A program made the position numbers and the translations under genes. DNA of 32,000 nt from an uncultured Clostridia bacterium (GTDB lineage Bacteria > Bacillota > Clostridia > TANB77 > CAG-465): the NCBI GenBank assembly GCA_934149365.1, contig CAKPEI010000005.1, positions 74,057 through 106,056 on the forward strand, written 5' to 3'. The notes below the pieces were generated by a model, which saw only the letters and a program-made list of their open reading frames with translations, ran no database searches and was not told where the DNA came from. This document shows positions 16,503 to 25,857 of this stretch, one piece after another (the first letter of the stretch is position 1; each line of letters opens with the position of its first letter).

Positions 16503-17912
16503 ATGGGAGAAAATTTTATGAAAACTTGGGAACAAGCACTGGAAATTTTACAAGAAGAAATATCACCAGTAGGGTACAAAACATACGTAGAAGTAATGGT
16601 TCCAAGACTTTCTGATGAAAACACTATATGCTTTTTAGCACCTTCTAATTATCATATAGAAGTTCTTTCTAAAAAATACTTAGATTTAATTCAAAATACT
16701 TTAACATTCTTAACCAAAAAGAATTATATCATTGTATTTGAATCAAAAGAAAATTCCATAGAAGATGATTCTAATGTAGAAGAAACAAATGAAAAAGAAA
16801 TACATACAAATATAACCTCAGATAATTCTAAAGATACAAATGAAAATTCAAATAACACTAAAGTTGTTAATAATACTATTTCACATGCAATAGGTTTAAA
16901 TCCAAAATATACTTTTGAAAATTATATTATTGGAAGTAATAACAGATTTGCTCATGCATCTGCTGTTGCAGTGTCTGAAAGCCCAGGATCAAAATATAAC
17001 CCTTTATTTATATATGGTGGAGTAGGGTTAGGTAAAACTCATTTGATGCAAGCAATAGGGCATAGCATTGCTGAGTCATATCCCGGTTTTAATGTTATCT
17101 ACACTACAGGTGAAAACTTCGCAAATGAATTAGTATCAGCAATAATGAACAATAACAGTGAAGCTTTTAGGAACAAATATAGAAGTATAGATTTATTGTT
17201 AATAGATGATATTCAATTTTTGGCAGGAAAGGAAAAATGTCAAGAGGAATTTTTCCACACTTTCAACACTTTATTTGAAGGTGGAAAACAAATAGTATTA
17301 ACAAGTGAAAAGCCACCTAAAGAAATAAATTTACTAGAGGATAGATTAAAAACTCGTTTTGAAATGGGACTTGCTGTTGATATTCAAGCACCTGATTATG
17401 AAACAAGACTTGCAATACTTAGAAAAAAAGCAGAGAAGGAAAGATATGTAATTAGTGATGACGTATTAATTAAAATAGCAACTAAAGTAACTTCAAATAT
17501 TCGTGAATTAGAAGGAGTATTTAATAAATTAATTGCATATACATCTTTTACAAACAAAGAATTAACAGATGCAATAATTGATAATACAATAGAATCTATA
17601 TTAGTAAAGAATACTAAAGTATTAACAAGTACATTAATTATACAAGTGGTTTGTAAATTCTTTAATATCAAAGTAAATGATATATTAAGCGAAAAAAGGT
17701 CAAACAATGTAGCGTATCCAAGGCAAATAGCAATGTACCTTTGTAGGGAACTTATAAACATGACATTTCCTAATATAGGTAAAGACTTTGGAGGAAGAGA
17801 CCACTCAACAGTACTTCATGCATATTCAAAAATATCAGATGAATATGAAAACAATGAAGAGACCAGAGCATTGATAGATGATATTAAGAAATCCTTATCT
17901 ATCAGTATGTAG
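16503..17912 (+). CDS. dnaA: Chromosomal replication initiator protein DnaA
   Basis: Walker A GGVGLGKTHL, LLIDDIQFL, a C-terminal DnaA-box-binding domain (GGRDHSTVLHA) and a low-complexity domain II linker. Start set at ATG 16503 (AGGAGG 6 nt upstream). The track ORF starts inside the DnaA boxes at 16461. Confidence 0.95.
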   Translation: MGENFMKTWEQALEILQEEISPVGYKTYVEVMVPRLSDENTICFLAPSNYHIEVLSKKYLDLIQNTLTFLTKKNYIIVFESKENSIEDDSNVEETNEKEIHTNITSDNSKDTNENSNNTKVVNNTISHAIGLNPKYTFENYIIGSNNRFAHASAVAVSESPGSKYNPLFIYGGVGLGKTHLMQAIGHSIAESYPGFNVIYTTGENFANELVSAIMNNNSEAFRNKYRSIDLLLIDDIQFLAGKEKCQEEFFHTFNTLFEGGKQIVLTSEKPPKEINLLEDRLKTRFEMGLAVDIQAPDYETRLAILRKKAEKERYVISDDVLIKIATKVTSNIRELEGVFNKLIAYTSFTNKELTDAIIDNTIESILVKNTKVLTSTLIIQVVCKFFNIKVNDILSEKRSNNVAYPRQIAMYLCRELINMTFPNIGKDFGGRDHSTVLHAYSKISDEYENNEETRALIDDIKKSLSISM

Positions 17913-17969
17913 AGATATATATTACAGAAATATTACAACTTTTATAAATGTTCGTTACAATGTTCTTTT

Positions 17970-18192
17970 TTATCCACATAATCCAGTGGATAACCTGTTG
18001 ATTAAATTGTGGATAAGTTATTTTTTGAAAGTTATCCACCAAAAACATGTGTTTTGTGGATAATTTAAACACGTTATCCACAGGTTTATCAACAGTAGTT
18101 TTTCTTTATATATTGGTAGTTAGAAGTAGTTTTCCACATAATCCACAGATACTACTACTACTACTACTAAATATAATATATATATAATAGCA
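17970..18192. other. oriC core: DnaA-box cluster, DnaA-trio array and AT-rich unwinding element
   Basis: Perfect boxes at 17970-17978, 18008-18016, 18055-18063 and 18074-18082. One-mismatch boxes at 17985-17993, 18032-18040, 18086-18094, 18130-18138 and 18139-18147. These are followed by (CTA)6 and then TAAATATAATATATATATAATA. Confidence 0.85.
18149..18169. repeat. Trinucleotide array ATA(CTA)6, i.e. DnaA-trios (3'-GAT-5' on the bottom strand)
   Basis: Six perfect CTA units begin 2-4 nt after the tandem boxes TTTTCCACA and TAATCCACA. This matches the published DnaA-trio architecture of Bacillus subtilis oriC. Confidence 0.7.
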
Positions 18193-18223
18193 ATTACGCG
18201 TTTAGTTTTAAGGAGGAGAAAAA

Positions 18224-19342
18224 ATGAAATTTAAATGTAGTAGAAATGATTTATTAGTTTGTTTAAGTAGTGTAACAAAATCAGCATCTTCAAAAACAAC
18301 AATGCCTATATTAGAAGGTATATTAATAGAGACAATAGGTAATAATGTAAAATTTACAACTAATGATTTAGAAATAGGAAGTGAATATATAATAAAAGCA
18401 ACTGTAGAATCTGATGGTAAAACAGTTGTTGATAATAAAATGTTTAATGAAATTGTTAGAAAATTAGAAGCAGATGAAATAACTTTTGAAGTTGATAACA
18501 ATACATTTATTATAAAATCAGCAAGTGGTGTATTTAAGTTATCAACAATGAATCCAGAAGAATATCCAAAGTTACCTGTGTTTAATGTGGATAACTCAAT
18601 AACAATTAAACAAGGTATATTTAAAGATATGATAAAGAAAACTATATTTGCAACAAGCCAAGATGAAAATAGACCTATATATACAGGAGCATTAGTTACA
18701 GTAGAAGATAATATTTTAAAAGTAGTTGCAATTGATGGTTTTAGATTGGCATTAAAACAATATGTATTAGAAAATTCAAATGAAAATTTCAAGGCAATTA
18801 TTCCTGGAAAGACATTATCAGAATTAATAAAAATTCTTAGTGATAGTGAAGATATAGATGTAAAAATAGGTGTTAACAAAAATCAAGCTTTATTTGAATT
18901 AGGAGAATGTATAGTAGTAAGTAGAATAATAGAAGGTGAATTCTTAAACTATAATTCAGTTATTCCAAGTGAGTTTGAAACAAAAATAAAGGTTAATACA
19001 AAAAGTATATTAGAATCACTTGATAGAGTTTCATTATTTTCTAGAGAAGTTTCAGAAAAAGAGAAGAAAGCTCCAATCAAGTTAAATGTTTCTATGGAAG
19101 GAATTGAAATATCTTGTACAAGCTTAGCAGGTGATGCAAAAGAAAATGTATTAGGTATTGTTGAAGGTAAAAATCTTGAAATAGGTTTTAATCCTAGGTA
19201 TCTTATAGAAGCGTTAAAGGTAATAGAAAATGAAGAGATTGTTATGAACTTTACTACAAATGTATCTCCTATGATAATAAAACCAACACATGGAAATGAT
19301 TACATATACATGGTATTACCTGTTAAACTAAGACAAGAATAA
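18224..19342 (+). CDS. dnaN: DNA polymerase III beta sliding clamp
   Basis: 372 aa with typical N- and C-termini (MKFKC, YMVLPVKLR). AAGGAGGAG RBS. Located downstream of dnaA and oriC. Confidence 0.95.
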   Translation: MKFKCSRNDLLVCLSSVTKSASSKTTMPILEGILIETIGNNVKFTTNDLEIGSEYIIKATVESDGKTVVDNKMFNEIVRKLEADEITFEVDNNTFIIKSASGVFKLSTMNPEEYPKLPVFNVDNSITIKQGIFKDMIKKTIFATSQDENRPIYTGALVTVEDNILKVVAIDGFRLALKQYVLENSNENFKAIIPGKTLSELIKILSDSEDIDVKIGVNKNQALFELGECIVVSRIIEGEFLNYNSVIPSEFETKIKVNTKSILESLDRVSLFSREVSEKEKKAPIKLNVSMEGIEISCTSLAGDAKENVLGIVEGKNLEIGFNPRYLIEALKVIENEEIVMNFTTNVSPMIIKPTHGNDYIYMVLPVKLRQE

Positions 19343-19360
19343 TAATTAGGAGAAATTGTA

Positions 19361-20455
19361 ATGTATGTTACTAATTTAAAATTAGTCAATTTTAGAAATT
19401 ATCAAGAATTAGTTTTAGAATTAGATAAAAATGTAAATGTGTTTTTTGGAAATAACGCAGCTGGTAAAACAAATATATTAGAAGCTATCTACATGACTGC
19501 AATTACAAAGTCATATAGAACAATAAAAGAAAATGAAGTAATAAAGTTTGGTGAAAGTTATTCAAACATTTTTGTGAATTATGTGGATAAGTTAGACAGA
19601 AATTCCAAGATTCAATTATATATTGATGATAACTCTAAGAAAAAAATAAAAGAGGATGATGTCGATATAAAAAGAGCATCTGACATCATAGGAAAATATA
19701 ATGTTGTTATATTTTCACCAGAAAGCTTAGACATAATAAAAGGGTCACCAAAAAATAGAAGAAAATTTATAGATGTACTTTTAAGTCAGATTTCTAAAGC
19801 ATATTTACTTAAACTTCAAGAGTATAATAAGGTTTTAGCTATTAAAAATTCACTTTTGAAAAATGAGAGTGATAAGATAGATAAAGATTATTTAGATATT
19901 TTAGATGAAAAATTAGCTGATTACATAAAATATATTATGGAAGAAAGAAAAAAGTTAATAGAGAGAATTAATATATATGCATCTAAAATTCAAAATGATT
20001 TAACTAGCAATAAAGAAGATATATATATAAAATATGTTTCTGATTTTTTAGGTATGAATAAAGAGGAAATAATAGGAGTATTAAAAAAAAATAGATTTCA
20101 AGATTTATTAAAGAAATCTTCTACAAAGGGAGTACAAAGAGATGATTTTGAAGTGTATGTTAATAATTTGGAGGTTAAAACGTACGGTTCACAAGGTCAG
20201 AATAGGACAGCACTTTTGACTTTAAAATTATCAGAACTTGAAATATTAAAAGATGAGAAAGAAGACGCACCAATACTTTTGCTTGACGATGTTTTATCAG
20301 AACTTGATAATAGTAGAATAGAGTACCTACTTAAGTATATAGAACCTTATCAAACCGTGATGACTACTACAGAAATTGACACTTTGAAACATTTATGTAA
20401 TATTTCTTTTTATAAAGTTTTGGGTGGTAGTGTTGAAAAATTGAAAAATAAATGA
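19361..20455 (+). CDS. recF: DNA replication and repair protein RecF
   Basis: 364 aa. Walker A GNNAAGKTNILEA, signature SQGQNRT, Walker B LLLDDVLSELD. Confidence 0.9.
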   Translation: MYVTNLKLVNFRNYQELVLELDKNVNVFFGNNAAGKTNILEAIYMTAITKSYRTIKENEVIKFGESYSNIFVNYVDKLDRNSKIQLYIDDNSKKKIKEDDVDIKRASDIIGKYNVVIFSPESLDIIKGSPKNRRKFIDVLLSQISKAYLLKLQEYNKVLAIKNSLLKNESDKIDKDYLDILDEKLADYIKYIMEERKKLIERINIYASKIQNDLTSNKEDIYIKYVSDFLGMNKEEIIGVLKKNRFQDLLKKSSTKGVQRDDFEVYVNNLEVKTYGSQGQNRTALLTLKLSELEILKDEKEDAPILLLDDVLSELDNSRIEYLLKYIEPYQTVMTTTEIDTLKHLCNISFYKVLGGSVEKLKNK

Positions 20456-20465
20456 TAAAATCTAG

Positions 20466-22436
<1,971 letters not shown>

Positions 22437-22440
22437 TATG

Positions 22441-22475
22441 AAGAGAGATGATATATAATTGTCATCTCTTTTATC
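22441..22475 (+). terminator. gyrB terminator
   Basis: GAGAGATGA-loop-TCATCTCTT stem followed by TTAT, 5 nt after the stop codon. Confidence 0.55.
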
Positions 22476-22487
22476 ATTAATACTCGG

Positions 22488-22516
22488 TTGACATAAAATA
22501 GGAAAAGGTGTATAAT
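22488..22516 (+). promoter_or_regulatory. Consensus sigma-A promoter of the XRE-family gene
   Basis: TTGACA (22488-22493), a 17-nt spacer, then TATAAT (22511-22516). Confidence 0.6.
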
Positions 22517-22568
22517 AGTAGTGGTAAATTTATAAACTAATAAAATAATTTTTAAAGGAGAATTGTAT

Positions 22569-23123
22569 ATGAGCTCAGAAAATTTAAAAAAAATATTTTC
22601 AGAAAGGTTAAAGTCGCTAATAGAAATAAAAGGTGTAAAAGTTAATAAATTATGTGAAATTTTAAACATAAAACGTGCATCTATGTTCAGTTATTTGAGA
22701 GGCGCTACATTACCTGAAATCAAAAATCTAAAAAAAATATGTGATTACTTTGAAGTTACAAGTGATTATATGCTTGGGTATGTAGATAACACGTGTTCTA
22801 AAGTACACGAAGCTTATTTTTGTAATTCAATTGGACTTTCGTCAGAAGCTTTTTATAACATAAAAGATCAGAAAAAGTATAATAAAGATAATGAAAATTA
22901 TTTTTCTCCAATTGATACATTATTAAGTGATAAGGAATTTGTTGATACATTTTCTCAATTATTTGTAGCATATTATAAACTTATAAATGGAGAAGATATA
23001 TCTCATATGCTTCCAGAAGGCATAAGTCAAAATGATGCAAAAGGCTGTTTGGAATATTGTTTCACTTGCAGTATGAGGGATTTTCTTAACAAATTTGAAA
23101 AAGAATATAAAATGAACGATTAA
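22569..23123 (+). CDS. XRE-family (Cro/C1-type HTH) transcriptional regulator with an uncharacterised Cys-containing C-terminal domain
   Basis: The N-terminal 65 aa (LKSLIEIKGVKVNKLCEILNIKRASMFSYLRGATLPEIKNLKKICDYFEVTSDYMLG) fit the HTH_3 pattern. The C-terminal ~115 aa are unknown and carry CX8C and CX3CX2C. Start at ATG 22569 (AAAGGAG 8 nt upstream). Confidence 0.7.
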   Translation: MSSENLKKIFSERLKSLIEIKGVKVNKLCEILNIKRASMFSYLRGATLPEIKNLKKICDYFEVTSDYMLGYVDNTCSKVHEAYFCNSIGLSSEAFYNIKDQKKYNKDNENYFSPIDTLLSDKEFVDTFSQLFVAYYKLINGEDISHMLPEGISQNDAKGCLEYCFTCSMRDFLNKFEKEYKMND

Positions 23124-23149
23124 TAAAAACAAAATATTTAAAATTTAAG

Positions 23150-23186
23150 ACAGATGTGATTTAATATATTTCACATCTGTTTTTTG
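23150..23186 (+). terminator. Terminator of the XRE-family gene
   Basis: ACAGATGTGA-loop-TCACATCTGT 10-bp stem followed by T5. Confidence 0.7.
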
Positions 23187-23234
23187 TATATTTTAAAATA
23201 AATTACAAATAATTTTAAATAGAGGAGAAAATAA

Positions 23235-23498
23235 ATGATAGTAGATAAAATTAAAAAAATAATAGAAAATAGTGATAGTATAAAAATAACACAAACTGGC
23301 TTTATAGAGAATAGTTTTGAAATAAGTGGAGTAAAATTTGAAATTAAAAAAGATATATTAATTATACATGATAAAAATGGCAATAATTATATTAAATTTA
23401 ACATTAATCAAATATATGATATAAAAGAAAATGATAAAGAAATAGAGCTATTTATGGATAATGATACCCAAATAAAAATAGCAAATAGAGTAAACTAA
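23235..23498 (+). CDS. Hypothetical 87-aa protein, beta-rich with a Lys/Asn/Ile composition
   Basis: GAGGAG RBS 8 nt from the ATG. No recognisable motif, and coding status is supported only by the RBS and ORF length. Confidence 0.45.
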   Translation: MIVDKIKKIIENSDSIKITQTGFIENSFEISGVKFEIKKDILIIHDKNGNNYIKFNINQIYDIKENDKEIELFMDNDTQIKIANRVN

Positions 23499-23520
23499 TA
23501 CATATTCTATTTGCTATTTT
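23477..23520. terminator. Bidirectional hairpin between the convergent 87-aa and RHH genes
   Basis: AATAGCAAATAGA (23477-23489) and TCTATTTGCTATT (23506-23518) form a 13-bp stem flanked by A- and T-runs. Confidence 0.5.
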
Positions 23521-23522
23521 CT

Positions 23523-23717
23523 TTACATTTTACTTAGTTCCGTCTTATCTTTTTCATCTAGATTATCAAGACTAAATTCAAGTAGAGAAATTACAGTTCT
23601 ATTAAAAGATAAATTTTTTATGTTAGCAAGGTTTTGAACATTATCAACAACATCTTCAGGTAATCTTAGAGTTTTGCTGATACCACTATGGTTTCTCGGT
23701 ATTTTTAATTTATTCAT
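23523..23717 (-). CDS. Ribbon-helix-helix (Arc/CopG-like) DNA-binding protein, 64 aa
   Basis: MNKLKIPRNHSGISKTLRLPEDVVDNVQNLANIKNLSFNRTVISLLEFSL fits a strand-helix-helix pattern. GGAGGG RBS lies upstream of ATG 23717. The track ORF adds 17 unsupported codons. Confidence 0.55.
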   Translation of the reverse strand: MNKLKIPRNHSGISKTLRLPEDVVDNVQNLANIKNLSFNRTVISLLEFSLDNLDEKDKTELSKM

Positions 23718-23768
23718 AGCATTCCCTCCTGCAGTAATTTTATAATATAAAATTAAATAAATATGCAC

Positions 23769-23788
23769 CTAATAGCAATTGCTATTAG
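23769..23788. promoter_or_regulatory. Perfect 20-bp palindrome; candidate operator upstream of the RHH gene
   Basis: CTAATAGCAA/TTGCTATTAG lies 52 nt upstream of the RHH start codon and contains a -35-like TTGCTA on the minus strand. Confidence 0.45.
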
Positions 23789-23885
23789 TATAGTTTATTT
23801 CTAATTAAAAATATGTAGAAAATTGTATTATTGATATAAATAGTAAATTTAAATTAAATTATATTAAATTATAATAATTTTTATG

Positions 23886-23913
23886 TTGACAAATATGAAA
23901 TATAGTGTATAAT
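23886..23913 (+). promoter_or_regulatory. Sigma-A promoter of the infC-rpmI-rplT operon
   Basis: TTGACA (23886-23891), a 16-nt spacer, then TATAAT (23908-23913), preceded by ~100 bp of almost pure A/T (UP-element-like). Confidence 0.6.
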
Positions 23914-23919
23914 ATTACT

Positions 23920-24066
23920 TGTAAAGTAGAAGTTATCTTCTCACCTTGCGAGTTTTGTCTTTGACAAGGTAATACAAAAATTGTTTAATATATAATGTGT
24001 AAATATTTTATTTTTTTGTATGTTGAGAAGATTGCTAAAACTTGAAAAAGCAATCTTTTTTTTATG
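23920..24066 (+). promoter_or_regulatory. Probable L20-responsive leader and attenuator of the infC operon
   Basis: The leader contains helices (AGAAG/CTTCT; ACCTTG...CAAGGT) and ends in an intrinsic terminator, AAGATTGCT-loop-AGCAATCTT plus T8 (24029-24064), just before the infC RBS. The architecture matches the Firmicute L20 leader. The family assignment has not been tested with a covariance model. Confidence 0.5.
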
Positions 24067-24073
24067 GGGGTGT

Positions 24074-24592
24074 ATTAATATAAAACAAGATTTTTTAATT
24101 AATGAGCAAATAAAGGCTAGTACTGTTCAAGTAATTAGTGAAAAAGGTGAAAGACTAGGTCAAATGTCAATAAAAGAAGCTATTGATAAGGCATATGATG
24201 AAGACAAAGATTTGGTTTTAGTTGGTGCAAACAGTAACCCACCAGTTTGTAAAATACTTGATTACAGTAAATTTAAATTTGAAATGGCCAAAAAGGAAAA
24301 AGAAGCTAGAAAAAAACAAAAAACAGCTGAATTAAAAGAAATTAGACTTTCAGCAAATATTGATACTCATGATTTAGAAGTTAAAGCAAAGAATGCTAAT
24401 AAATTCTTAAAATCAGGTGATAAGGTTAAAGTTTCTTTAAGATTTAGAGGAAGAGAACTTAGCTTCGTAAATAAAGGAAGAGAATTAATAGATAAGTTTA
24501 TTTCTTTAATAGAAGATGGCCAAGTAGAAAAAGAGCCAAAGCTTGAAGGAAAATTCTTAAATGTTATAATATCACCAAAACAAAGCAAATAA
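24074..24592 (+). CDS. infC: Translation initiation factor IF-3 with a non-AUG start
   Basis: KQDFLINEQIKASTVQVISEKGE matches the IF-3 N-terminus. No in-frame ATG lies downstream of the attenuator. Candidate starts are ATT 24074 and ATA 24080 (9 nt after GGGGG). The track ORF start at 24020 lies inside the leader terminator. Confidence 0.85.
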   Translation: MNIKQDFLINEQIKASTVQVISEKGERLGQMSIKEAIDKAYDEDKDLVLVGANSNPPVCKILDYSKFKFEMAKKEKEARKKQKTAELKEIRLSANIDTHDLEVKAKNANKFLKSGDKVKVSLRFRGRELSFVNKGRELIDKFISLIEDGQVEKEPKLEGKFLNVIISPKQSK

Positions 24593-24605
24593 GGAGGAAT
24601 TAATT

Positions 24606-24803
24606 ATGCCAAAAATGAAAAGCCATAGCGGTACAAAGAAAAGAATTAAGATTACAAAATCTGGGCTAGCTAAGAAAACAACAGCAAATAGAGCTCACAA
24701 ATTATCAGGTAAAAGTGCTAAGAGAAAGAGAAGCTTAAAAGAAGCAGCTTATGTTGATTCAGCAAATAGCAATGCAATGAAGAAATTATTACCATATAAG
24801 TAG
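24606..24803 (+). CDS. rpmI: 50S ribosomal protein L35
   Basis: 65 aa beginning MPKMKSHSGTKKRIK. AAGGAGG RBS. Confidence 0.95.
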   Translation: MPKMKSHSGTKKRIKITKSGLAKKTTANRAHKLSGKSAKRKRSLKEAAYVDSANSNAMKKLLPYK

Positions 24804-24836
24804 AAAATATATTAAAGTAAGTTAGGAGGAATTATT

Positions 24837-25181
24837 GTGGCAAGAGTAAAAGGAGCAGTTACAACAAGAGCAAGACATAAAAAAGTTTTAAAAAGAGCAA
24901 AAGGATATTATGGAGCAAAAAGCATAAGATTTAGAATGGCTAACCAAGCTGTTATGAAATCAGGTATGTATGCTTATGTTGGAAGAAAAAATAAAAAGAG
25001 AGATTTTAGAAGATTATGGATAGCTAGAATAAATGCAGCAGCTAGACAAAATGGAATGTCATATAGCAAATTTATTTCTGGTTTAAAGAAAGCTAACATA
25101 AATATAAATAGAAAAATGTTAGCAGAAATGGCTGTATCAGATAGCCAAGGTTTTGCAGCATTAGTTGAAAAAATAAAATAA
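24837..25181 (+). CDS. rplT: 50S ribosomal protein L20
   Basis: 114 aa, [29 protein letters not shown] start with AGGAGG 7 nt upstream. Confidence 0.95.
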   Translation: MARVKGAVTTRARHKKVLKRAKGYYGAKSIRFRMANQAVMKSGMYAYVGRKNKKRDFRRLWIARINAAARQNGMSYSKFISGLKKANININRKMLAEMAVSDSQGFAALVEKIK

Positions 25182-25195
25182 TTGGAGGTATATTT

Positions 25196-25753
25196 ATGGT
25201 ATTAGCCGGAGATTTTAGAAATGGAACAACTTTTGAAATGGACGGAAATGTTTATAGAATAGTTGAATTCCAACATGTTAAACCTGGAAAAGGTGCAGCA
25301 TTTGTTAGAACTAAAATTAAAAACATAATAAACAATACAACAATGGAAAAAACATTCAATCCATCAGAAAAATTTGAAGAAGCTCAAATAACTATAACAG
25401 AAATGCAATATTTATATAATGATGGTGATAGTTATACATTCATGGATAACAATACATTTGAACAAATTGAGTTATCTAAGGAAGATGTATCAGATATATT
25501 ACCTTATTTAAAGGATAATATGAATGTAAAAGTATTATCATATAAGGGTAAAGTATTTGGAGTAGAGCCACCACTATTTGTAGAGCTTGAAGTAGTTTAT
25601 ACTGAGCCTGGAATAAAAGGAGCAACTTCTACAGGAACTACAAAACCTGCAAAAGTTGAAACTGGTGTAGAATTTAATGTTCCAATTTTTGTTGAAATAG
25701 GAGATAGAATTCGTATTGATACAAGAACTGGTGAATACATGGAAAGATGTTAA
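25196..25753 (+). CDS. efp: Elongation factor P
   Basis: 185 aa with [37 protein letters not shown], including the conserved modified-Lys loop. Confidence 0.95.
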   Translation: MVLAGDFRNGTTFEMDGNVYRIVEFQHVKPGKGAAFVRTKIKNIINNTTMEKTFNPSEKFEEAQITITEMQYLYNDGDSYTFMDNNTFEQIELSKEDVSDILPYLKDNMNVKVLSYKGKVFGVEPPLFVELEVVYTEPGIKGATSTGTTKPAKVETGVEFNVPIFVEIGDRIRIDTRTGEYMERC

Positions 25754-25767
25754 TAAAAATTTGAATG

Positions 25768-25799
25768 AAGCTAAGAAGTTTACTTAGCTTTATTTTTTT
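25768..25799 (+). terminator. efp terminator
   Basis: AAGCTAAG-loop-CTTAGCTT followed by TATTTTTTT. Confidence 0.6.
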
Positions 25800-25806
25800 A
25801 CATTTC

Positions 25807-25835
25807 TTGACACTTTACATAACCTATGCTAGAAT
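25807..25835 (+). promoter_or_regulatory. Sigma-A promoter of miaB
   Basis: TTGACA (25807-25812), a 17-nt spacer, then TAGAAT (25830-25835). Confidence 0.55.
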
Positions 25836-25857
25836 ATTTTGAGAAAAGGGTGGAAAA

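Noticed and set aside
16355-16624. 89-aa minus-strand ORF spanning the dnaA promoter, DnaA boxes and the dnaA 5' end
   Set aside because: It overlaps regulatory DNA and the dnaA start, and has no RBS or recognisable motif. It is most likely a spurious shadow ORF.
18208-18879. 223-aa ORF antisense to dnaN
   Set aside because: It is fully embedded opposite a strongly supported conserved gene and has no RBS. Its Ile/Leu/Phe/Ser/Asn-rich, low-complexity translation is typical of shadow ORFs in AT-rich DNA.
23171-23383. 70-aa minus-strand ORF overlapping the XRE gene terminator and the 87-aa gene
   Set aside because: It starts within another ORF, runs through a terminator stem, gives a hydrophobic low-complexity translation and has no RBS.
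23718-23768. 17-codon N-terminal extension of the RHH ORF (MHIYLILYYKITAGGNA)
   Set aside because: The GGAGGG RBS lies inside this extension, just upstream of the internal ATG at 23717. The extension has no RBS of its own.
24020-24073. N-terminal extension of infC (MLRRLLKLEKAIFFLWGC) in the ORF track
   Set aside because: It coincides with the leader terminator hairpin and T-tract and is not part of conserved IF-3. A non-AUG start downstream fits known infC biology.
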